This document shows, one piece after another, positions 18,603 to 25,632 of a stretch of 40,560 nucleotides of DNA. Both the position numbers and the translations under genes were made by a program. Under the pieces are notes generated by a model, which saw only the letters and a program-made list of their open reading frames with translations, had not been told where the DNA came from and searched no databases. Position 1 is the stretch's first letter; the number at the start of each line of letters is the position of its first letter. Source of the stretch: Gemmatimonadota bacterium (GTDB lineage: Bacteria; Gemmatimonadota; Gemmatimonadetes; Gemmatimonadales; Gemmatimonadaceae); contig JAQBYI010000029.1 in the NCBI GenBank assembly GCA_027622655.1, forward strand, positions 1 to 40,560, given 5' to 3'.

Positions 18603-19351
18603 CGGACCGATTTTTCGAGTACCTGCTGCGGCTGGCGGATGATCGCCTCGTGCTCGGCCACCGACTTAGCGAATGGTGCGGGCACGGGCCGATTCTCGAA
18701 GAAGACATTGCGCTCACGAACATCGCGCTCGATCTCGTTGGTGAAGCGAATCTGCTGCTCGGGCGCGCGGCGACCGCCGAGAACGCTGGCCGTGACGCCG
18801 ACGCGCTCGCGTTCCTGCGCGATGTACGCGAATACCGGAACGCGCTGATCGTTGAGCTGCCGAAGGGAGACTTCGGATTTACCGTCGCGCGGCAGTTCCT
18901 GTTCAGCGTGTACGCGCTCCACCAGTGGGAGGCACTCTCCACGAGTGCGGACGACGACCTCGCCGGTATCGCGGCGAAGGCCCTCAAGGAGACGCGCTAC
19001 CACGTGCGGCACAGCGCGGAGTGGCTCGTGCGACTCGGCGATGGAACTGACGAGAGCCACGGTCGCGTTCAGGATGCGCTCGATGAACTGTGGCGGTTCA
19101 CCGGCGAATTATTCCTCACCGACGACGTCGAGCAGGCATTGGTGAAGCAGAAACTCGCCGTTGATTCGTCCTCGCTGTTCGACGCTTGGAAGCGCGACGT
19201 CACCGACGTGATCTCGCGCGCAACACTCCGCATGCCCGGCGATGTGTACATGCAGCGCGGCGGCCGCAGCGGAATGCATACGGAGCACCTTGGGGTCATG
19301 CTCGCGGAGATGCAGGTTTTGCCCCGCACATATCCGGGAGCAAAGTGGTGA
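18599..19351 (+). CDS. paaC: 1,2-phenylacetyl-CoA epoxidase subunit C
   Basis: EYLLRLADDRLVLGHRLSEWCGHGP aligns with the conserved PaaC N-terminus. The conserved region lies upstream of the first GTG at 18650. The only candidate start is CTG at 18599, which overlaps the paaB TGA. The start codon is therefore uncertain. Confidence 0.7.
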   Translation: MTDRFFEYLLRLADDRLVLGHRLSEWCGHGPILEEDIALTNIALDLVGEANLLLGRAATAENAGRDADALAFLRDVREYRNALIVELPKGDFGFTVARQFLFSVYALHQWEALSTSADDDLAGIAAKALKETRYHVRHSAEWLVRLGDGTDESHGRVQDALDELWRFTGELFLTDDVEQALVKQKLAVDSSSLFDAWKRDVTDVISRATLRMPGDVYMQRGGRSGMHTEHLGVMLAEMQVLPRTYPGAKW

Positions 19352-19418
19352 GGAGCGCGAGTGAAGAGTGAGGTGGATGTGACGAGTGAGGTGTGAGGAG
19401 GAACTAGTGAGGAGTGAG
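19348..19418. repeat. GTGAGGAG-rich purine repeat in the paaC-paaD intergenic region; copy of the repeat at 12281-12311
   Basis: 19348-19376 (gtgaggagcgcgagtgaagagtgaggtgg) matches 12281-12311 (gtgcgaggagcgcgagtgaggagtgaggagg) at about 27/30 positions. Heptamer-like GTGAGGA units follow and supply the Shine-Dalgarno sequence for paaD. Confidence 0.7.
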
Positions 19419-19420
19419 GA

Positions 19421-19903
19421 GTGAACAAGGAATCCGTTCTCGCCATTCTCGACACGGTGAAGGACCCCGAAGTTCCGGTGCTCAGTGTTGTGGAGCTCGG
19501 GATCGTGCGCGACGTGGAGTTCGATGGCGACGCCGTAACGGTTGTGCTGACACCGACGTATTCCGGCTGTCCCGCGATGCAGACCATTGAAGACGACATC
19601 CTCGCGGCGCTGAACGCCGCCGGCATCGCCGGTGCCAGCGTGCGCACGGTGTTCACACCGGCTTGGACCACCGACTGGATTCCGTCGGCCGCCCGCGAGA
19701 AGCTCCGCGCGTACGGAATCGCTCCACCGGGACATTCGGGCGTGCACTCGCCGGTACAGCTTCGCCGGCGCGAGCCCGTCGTGTGTCCGTTTTGCGGATC
19801 GCCCAATACGGCGGAGCGCAGTGAGTTCGGATCGACGGCGTGCAAGGCGCTGCACTACTGCAACGCGTGCACTCAGCCGTTCGAGGAATTCAAGGCGATC
19901 TAG
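19421..19903 (+). CDS. paaD: Phenylacetate-CoA oxygenase subunit PaaD (PaaJ-type, Fe-S cluster assembly-like), GTG start
   Basis: DUF59/PaaD-like N-terminus (VLSVVELGIVRD) and C-terminal cysteine cluster (CPFCGS...CNAC). Confidence 0.8.
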   Translation: MNKESVLAILDTVKDPEVPVLSVVELGIVRDVEFDGDAVTVVLTPTYSGCPAMQTIEDDILAALNAAGIAGASVRTVFTPAWTTDWIPSAAREKLRAYGIAPPGHSGVHSPVQLRRREPVVCPFCGSPNTAERSEFGSTACKALHYCNACTQPFEEFKAI

Positions 19904-20100
19904 CCCTTCGCGCGGCGGCACTTTCCATTGTCGCGCTGTGCAAGGGAAAGTTGTCCCTGAACATCACGGCCGTGACGTGGAACGACTCGCATTTCCGTAT
20001 TTCGGCGCAGGCCATCGCATCGGCGTGCGACGTCGTACGTTCGCCGTAGCCAGCCAGTCCCGAGAGCATCAGTTGAGCTGGGAACGGCCGAACGCGCCGG

Positions 20101-21420
20101 TCAGCTTTTCTCGGCCGGCGAAGCGACGGGCGGAGCAGCGGGTGGCGCTTCTACCTTCGGCGCGGCAAGCCGGCTGAGGATGTTGATCCCCGTCGCGGCC
20201 TCGATCTGCTCGGTGAGCCTGATGACGGCCCCGGGCAATTGACCGGCTGCACTGCCAACGCCGCTCGCGCGATCGCCGGAGTCGAACACCGTAACCTTGT
20301 CGATCTGCATTCCGTCGACCGACGACACGATCTCCTTGATGATGTCCGGCAACATGTTGAGCATGAAGATGCGCTCGGCTTCCGAACCGGCGCCCTTGTA
20401 GAGCTTGATCGTCTCCTCGAGCACAAAAAGTCTCGACCGGCCGTCTTCGGTGATCTTTGCAGCCGCGCCCTTCGCCCGCAGCTCGGCGGCATCCTTGTCC
20501 GCCTTTGCCGGGAGGAGCACGTCGGCTTCGAGCCTGCGCTGTTCGAGCCCAATGCGTTCTTGTTGCAGGGCCTGCTCAGCCACGACTCGCGCTTTCACGC
20601 CCGCAACCGAAGCCTCGGCCTCTCGCGCGAGTGCTTCGCCATCGAGCTCTGCCCTGCGCACACGCAGCCTGTTGCTTTCCTCGGCAATCTTGAGATCGGC
20701 CTGAATCGTTGCGACCTGCGCGGCCTGACGCGCCGCCGCTTCGATTTGCTCGGCTTCCGAGGTCCGCTGCGCCTCCGATACGCGTGCAATCTTCAGGACC
20801 TCGGCTGTCTTCGTTCGGCCGATGGAGTCCAGGTAGTTCACCTCGTCCGTGACATTCTGGATTTTCAGCGTGTCGAGTTCGAGACCGAGCTTGCGCAGAT
20901 CTTCGTCGGCCTCCTCGATGAGCACGTGGGCGAACTTCATTCGGTCCTCGTTCACTTCCTCGGGCGTGAGCGTGGCTAGGATGCCGCGGAGATTGCCCTC
21001 CAGCGTGTCCTTCGCGATCTGCATCACGTCTTCGAATGGTTTGTCGAGGAGCCGCTCCACCGCGTTGTACGACACCGGCTCACGGGCGCACACCTTGACG
21101 TTCGCGATGCCGTGCACGATGAGCGGAATGCCGCCCTTCGAGTATGCGTTCTTGACGACCACCTCGATCGGGATTGTCGTGAGGTCAATGCGAGAGACCC
21201 GTTCGATGATCGGGATGCGCAGCGTGCGTCCGCCGTGCAGCAGCCGATAGCCGACCTCGCGCCCGTCCGGGCCGATGCGCCGTCGGCCGGTGATGACCAC
21301 CATTTCGTTCGGCAAGCAAATGATGATCAGCGACTTGATGATGAAGGTCAGCGTCGCAATGACGCCAAATGCCACAAGCCCGAGTATTACCGGAGTTTGA
21401 ATGTCCACGATCGACCTCAA
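20101..21420 (-). CDS. Flotillin / SPFH (band 7) domain protein, YqiK-like
   Basis: N-terminal TM segment, SPFH domain, then a long Ala/Glu/Arg-rich coiled-coil (EAEQIEAAARQAAQVATIQADLKIAEE...). TTG start overlaps the NfeD gene stop (TTGA). Confidence 0.8.
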   Translation of the reverse strand: MRSIVDIQTPVILGLVAFGVIATLTFIIKSLIIICLPNEMVVITGRRRIGPDGREVGYRLLHGGRTLRIPIIERVSRIDLTTIPIEVVVKNAYSKGGIPLIVHGIANVKVCAREPVSYNAVERLLDKPFEDVMQIAKDTLEGNLRGILATLTPEEVNEDRMKFAHVLIEEADEDLRKLGLELDTLKIQNVTDEVNYLDSIGRTKTAEVLKIARVSEAQRTSEAEQIEAAARQAAQVATIQADLKIAEESNRLRVRRAELDGEALAREAEASVAGVKARVVAEQALQQERIGLEQRRLEADVLLPAKADKDAAELRAKGAAAKITEDGRSRLFVLEETIKLYKGAGSEAERIFMLNMLPDIIKEIVSSVDGMQIDKVTVFDSGDRASGVGSAAGQLPGAVIRLTEQIEAATGINILSRLAAPKVEAPPAAPPVASPAEKS

Positions 21421-22025
21421 TCCATGTTGGCGTACGGAGAAATCTCTGCTTCGCCGTCGTCCATCCGGACGACGAGCACCGCGCGTCCCGCTTCGAGCGC
21501 TTCGGCTGCGCCCGGCGCGAGCCGGGCGACTACATGCACCTCACGACCAGCAATCACGCAGGCAATGCGACCACGTGTGCCCGGCCCGACGGCAAGCACC
21601 ACCCGAGCGATGGAACCCTCGATCGCGGAATCACCAACTACATCCACCGCCGATTCGTTTCGACGCAGCCATGTGAAGATCGCGTGGGTCAACGACATCG
21701 CGCCCACACCCATCGCGGCCGAAGCAATTGCTGTCGTCGTTGCGCCGGATCCGGTCCACGTGAGCAGAGAGCCGGTGATGCCGAATGTGGCGAGAAAGAA
21801 GATGAGGTTGCGGGGCTTTAAGAATCCGAAAAGCACCCCGCCCGCGTGACCGCTACCTCCGCCATCAGACGAGACATCGAGGTCCTGACCGGCGCTCGCG
21901 TCGCCGCCGGCGTCCGACGCGTCGTCACCGAACGACACGAGAAGCAGGCCGCCACCGAGAATGGCCGAAAAGATATAGAAACCGAGCACGGCGCTAATGT
22001 TGCGCCCGCAGCGCGTCAGCGGCAA
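21417..22025 (-). CDS. NfeD/YqiJ-like membrane protein (flotillin-associated)
   Basis: Hydrophobic N-terminal half and a C-terminal soluble beta-rich domain. It is immediately upstream of the flotillin gene and coupled to it, as in yqiJ-yqiK pairs. Confidence 0.55.
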   Translation of the reverse strand: MPLTRCGRNISAVLGFYIFSAILGGGLLLVSFGDDASDAGGDASAGQDLDVSSDGGGSGHAGGVLFGFLKPRNLIFFLATFGITGSLLTWTGSGATTTAIASAAMGVGAMSLTHAIFTWLRRNESAVDVVGDSAIEGSIARVVLAVGPGTRGRIACVIAGREVHVVARLAPGAAEALEAGRAVLVVRMDDGEAEISPYANMD

Positions 22026-22040
22026 GACGCGCGACCGGCC

Positions 22041-24239
22041 CTACGCCCCCAGCACCGCCTCAATCCGCCCGGCGATACCGTCCACATCGGGCATCATCGC
22101 GGCGAGCAGATCCTCGTGGTACGCCACCGGAACGTCCTTCGGCGCGAGCCGCTCGACAGGCGCATCCAGGTGCCAGAACGCGTCCTGCGCCAGCGTCGCG
22201 CCAATCTCGGCGCCGAAGCCGGCGGTCATCGCGTCCTCATGCACGATCAGGCAACGCCCCGTCTTCTTCACCGACTCGAGCACACACGCCTTGTCCCACG
22301 GCATCACGGTGCGCAGGTCGATCAGTTCGACGCGCCCACCGAAACGCGACGCGGCTTCGGCGCAGCGATGCACCATCGCGCCCCACGAGACGACCGTGAT
22401 GTCGCTTCCCTCCGTGACGACGTGCGCGCGGCCGAACGGAAGTACGTAGTCATCACCGGGATACGGCGCGCTGCCCGCGCCGGTCATCAGGAGCGACCGA
22501 TGCTCGAAGAAAATCGTCGGATTCGGACTCCGCATCGCAGCGCGCAACAAGCCAACCGCGTCCGCCGAGTTCGACGGCATGGCTACCTGCCAGCCGTATG
22601 CGTGAACAAAACGCACTTCGTCGGAAAGCGAGTGCCACGGGTCGCCGACGTCCTTGCCGAATCCACCGGGCATGCGCACGACGATCGGCGCAGCGAACTG
22701 GTTGTTGGTGCGCCAGCGCAGCGTACCGCAGTTGTTGAGCTGTTCGGAGGCCGGATCGGCGTATTTCCGGAACTGGATTTCGGCCACCGGCATCAGCCCC
22801 GAGAGCGCCATTCCGACGGAACGGCCAATGATCCCCTCTTCGGACAGCGACGTATCGAACACGCGCCTGTCGCCAAACTTGCGCTGCAGTCCTTCAGTGA
22901 CGAGATGCACGCCACCCTTTCGGCCAACGTCTTCACCGAAGACGAGCAGCTTGGGATTGACCTCGAGCTCGCGTGCGAGTGTGCGGCGAACCGCCTCGGC
23001 GAACCGCAACGTGTCGCCGCCCCCCTCCGGCACATCGGTGCCACCAAGAGCGTCACGTTCGGAGCGCGAGAGCCCACCCTGCGCTTCCGCCACGCCGGAC
23101 GACTCGTCGGCGTACACGAACTGCGCGACGTTCGCCGGATCGGGACCGGGCCTCGCGCGGGCTGCCTCGAGTGCGACAGCCACATCGCGTTCGACTTCCT
23201 TCTCGAGCGCAGTCCAGTCACGGGCTGAGAGGAAATCCGGCACCAAGTAGCGCTTGAGCTTCGGAAGCGGGTCGCGCTTGGTGTCTGCGTCAATCTCGGC
23301 GTCGGTGCGATACCCCTTCTGGTTATCCGGACCGGAGTGACTGCACATCCGCGGGACGGTAAGCCGCACGAGCGCGGGGCCGATGCCGCTGCGCACGTGA
23401 TTCACGCATTCGGCAAGCATCGAGGCGGCCTCGACCGGATCAGTTCCGTCGCCATCGCGCAGGAGCAGGTTTCCGAATGAGGCCAGATTCGAGGTGATGT
23501 CGCCGCCGGGCGTTTGCAAGCCGCCGCGTACAGAAATCCCGAGCCCGTTGTCTTCAATGAAGAAGAGCATCGGTAGCTTCAGGGTCGTGGCCATCGTGAG
23601 CGATGACCAGAACCCATTCGTCGCGACCGAGGCGTCGCCGCCAAGAACGAGTCCGATGGCGCCTTTCCACGACTTGTCGCCCAGAACGTCTCGGTGGTAC
23701 ATGACGGACTGCGCCCACCCGGCGCACGGCGTGTATTGCGACCCGACATCGCCACTCATCGGAAGGACGCACGGCCCATCGGGGTTCGGCAGGTTGCACA
23801 CGACGCCGATGTCGCGCCCGTCGCTGAACCCGCCAGAACGGCCGAGCGGGCTGGCGAGTGCATCTTCGATCGTGAGGCCGAGGCCGAGAAGGAGCGGGCG
23901 GTTGCGATAGTAAGCGCTCGCCGCGTCATGCCTGTGGGTGATCAGCGAAGCCAAGATGGCCTGCGCTACTTCGTGTCCGCGCGCGGAAAACTGATAGAGG
24001 ATCAGGTGGTCGCGGGGAACGTTCGCCTTGTTCTTGTTGGTGGCCTCTTCCAGATCATCGAGGGCGCGGGAAATCAGCGCCGTTCGGGCGATGTCGCGCC
24101 ACGGAAACGGAGTGTCGGAGCCCGCTGGCGTGGCGGCGCGCTTTTTCGAGGAAACAGGAGCTGCCATTGCAGGGAAATCTGAGCCCGTGGCTGAGTATGC
24201 GCGAGTCTTTGGAAGGGTTCGGGACTTGATGGGGGCCAC
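22041..24239 (-). CDS. Fused alpha/beta 2-oxoacid dehydrogenase E1 component (TPP-dependent, transketolase-like)
   Basis: 732 aa. The N-terminal E1-alpha-like TPP-binding region and the C-terminal E1-beta-like region (VFGEDVG, EIQF, transketolase C-terminal domain) are joined by an acidic linker. GTG start. Confidence 0.75.
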   Translation of the reverse strand: MAPIKSRTLPKTRAYSATGSDFPAMAAPVSSKKRAATPAGSDTPFPWRDIARTALISRALDDLEEATNKNKANVPRDHLILYQFSARGHEVAQAILASLITHRHDAASAYYRNRPLLLGLGLTIEDALASPLGRSGGFSDGRDIGVVCNLPNPDGPCVLPMSGDVGSQYTPCAGWAQSVMYHRDVLGDKSWKGAIGLVLGGDASVATNGFWSSLTMATTLKLPMLFFIEDNGLGISVRGGLQTPGGDITSNLASFGNLLLRDGDGTDPVEAASMLAECVNHVRSGIGPALVRLTVPRMCSHSGPDNQKGYRTDAEIDADTKRDPLPKLKRYLVPDFLSARDWTALEKEVERDVAVALEAARARPGPDPANVAQFVYADESSGVAEAQGGLSRSERDALGGTDVPEGGGDTLRFAEAVRRTLARELEVNPKLLVFGEDVGRKGGVHLVTEGLQRKFGDRRVFDTSLSEEGIIGRSVGMALSGLMPVAEIQFRKYADPASEQLNNCGTLRWRTNNQFAAPIVVRMPGGFGKDVGDPWHSLSDEVRFVHAYGWQVAMPSNSADAVGLLRAAMRSPNPTIFFEHRSLLMTGAGSAPYPGDDYVLPFGRAHVVTEGSDITVVSWGAMVHRCAEAASRFGGRVELIDLRTVMPWDKACVLESVKKTGRCLIVHEDAMTAGFGAEIGATLAQDAFWHLDAPVERLAPKDVPVAYHEDLLAAMMPDVDGIAGRIEAVLGA

Positions 24240-24408
24240 AGAACACGCAGATCACGCAGAACCCGCAACTCCAACAACTACAACTACAACTACAACGGCA
24301 CCCACCAAAACGACTGCGACCCCTGATGCAACCTTTCGGCTCGCGGAGGCCACCGATATACGCCGACACAGCCGAACGGTGTTCAATGGTCGTTAGTGGT
24401 GAAGAAAT

Positions 24409-24996
24409 TTGTCGAACACTCTGGAGGAGTGCCTGAACGCCCCTGGCATCGTGCTGAGCGACGGCGACGCGGACCGGCGCGACGTTCGTGCAGTAAGCGC
24501 GAACGGCGACGAAGCTGCGTTCCGCTCACTCTACCGGCGCCACACGCCGGCGCTCTACGCATTCGCCTGTCGTATGATGGGCGGCGAATCCCCCGACGTG
24601 GACGACGTAGTCCAGGACGCGTGGCTGCGCGCGGTGCGCGCCATTGGAGAATTCGGGTGGCGATCGTCGCTCCGAACCTGGCTTTCGTCGATTGTCCTCA
24701 ACTGCTGCCGGGAACGGTGGCGCGAGAAGATCCAACCCAGCAGCGACGGTCTCGATTCCGCCGCGCCCACTGCGGACCTGAACCTCCGCCTCGACCTCGA
24801 GGCGGCGGTCGCCGCGCTTCCGCCCGGCTACCGGGCGGTGTTGATCCTGCACGACGTCGAGGGCTACACGCACGACGAAATCGCGGAGCGACTCGGCATG
24901 CAGCCAGGCACGTCGAAGAGTCAGCTCTTTCACGCCAGACGGGCACTGCGCAATCGCCTCTCGGGCGACGCTCCATCTGCAACAGCGAGTACCTGA
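24409..24996 (+). CDS. ECF-subfamily RNA polymerase sigma-70 factor
   Basis: Region 2 (FRSLYRRHTPALYAFACRMMG...DVVQDAWLRA) and region 4 (ILHDVEGYTHDEIAERLGMQPGTSKSQLFHAR). TTG start assumed at 24409; the start is uncertain. Confidence 0.75.
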   Translation: MSNTLEECLNAPGIVLSDGDADRRDVRAVSANGDEAAFRSLYRRHTPALYAFACRMMGGESPDVDDVVQDAWLRAVRAIGEFGWRSSLRTWLSSIVLNCCRERWREKIQPSSDGLDSAAPTADLNLRLDLEAAVAALPPGYRAVLILHDVEGYTHDEIAERLGMQPGTSKSQLFHARRALRNRLSGDAPSATAST

Positions 24997-24998
24997 CC

Positions 24999-25628
24999 AT
25001 GCAAGACCAATCCGATGATTTCGTAACCGCAGCGCTCAGACGGCTCCCGCGCGAAATGACTCCGCCGCCGGGTCTCGAACACGCTACCGTTGCATCGCTT
25101 CGACGCGCGGGCCTGTTGCGATCGCCGCTGCGGGCTGGCTTCAACCTGATGACGTGGGTGCTCGCCGCTAGTATCGCGGGGATTGCCTTCGTTGGCGGGT
25201 CGATGTTTGCCACGCGGCTCTCCGCGCCAGAGCCTCAGCCGACCTACGCGCTCCTCTTGTACGGCGGCAGCTCAGGCGACGACTCTGCGACACATGCGAA
25301 CCGGGCCGGCGAGTATGGTGCGTGGGCGGCGGCCAATCACGCGTCGGGGCGAGTCATCGGTGGCGAGGCGCTCGGTACGTCGGTCGCTTCGCTCGCGGTG
25401 CATACGGTGGCGCTCGGAACCGATTCAGTAATCGTCGACGACCAGCCAACGAGCGGAAGCGATTTCATCGGCTACTTCCTCGTGCATGCCGAAGACAGTG
25501 ACGCCGCGGTGGCGCTGGCCCGCGACTGCCCGCACCTCAAGTACGGCGGGCGAATCGTCGTGCGGCGAGTGTGGCCCGACCCGCCACCAAGCGTGGTGGT
25601 GGCGAGTCAGGACACCGGCGTGCGGTAG
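24999..25628 (+). CDS. Putative membrane-anchored anti-sigma factor with C-terminal YciI-like (DGPF) domain
   Basis: ATG is 2 nt after the sigma-factor stop. The product has a short cytoplasmic N-terminus, one TM helix (LMTWVLAASIAGIAFVGG), then a ~130-aa domain (YALLLYGG...GYFLVHAEDSDAAVALARDCPHLKYGGRIVVRRV) resembling YCII-related/DGPF proteins. It is the in-frame internal portion of track ORF 24396..25628. Confidence 0.6.
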   Translation: MQDQSDDFVTAALRRLPREMTPPPGLEHATVASLRRAGLLRSPLRAGFNLMTWVLAASIAGIAFVGGSMFATRLSAPEPQPTYALLLYGGSSGDDSATHANRAGEYGAWAAANHASGRVIGGEALGTSVASLAVHTVALGTDSVIVDDQPTSGSDFIGYFLVHAEDSDAAVALARDCPHLKYGGRIVVRRVWPDPPPSVVVASQDTGVR

Positions 25629-25632
25629 CCGA

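Noticed and set aside
21846-23228. 460-aa plus-strand ORF
   Set aside because: It is antisense to the fused E1 gene. The product is an Arg-rich shadow ORF.
24028-24396. 122-aa ORF encoding a poly-Thr run (TTTTTTTAPTKTTATP)
   Set aside because: The poly-Thr reflects the CTACAA/ACAACT microsatellite read in one frame. The ORF spans the 5' end of the E1 gene and the divergent promoter, so it is not a credible gene.
24396-24998. N-terminal 200 aa of the 410-aa ORF track entry 24396..25628
   Set aside because: This portion is out-of-frame overlap with the ECF sigma gene, and the translation is Arg-rich nonsense. Only the part from ATG 24999 onward is credible.
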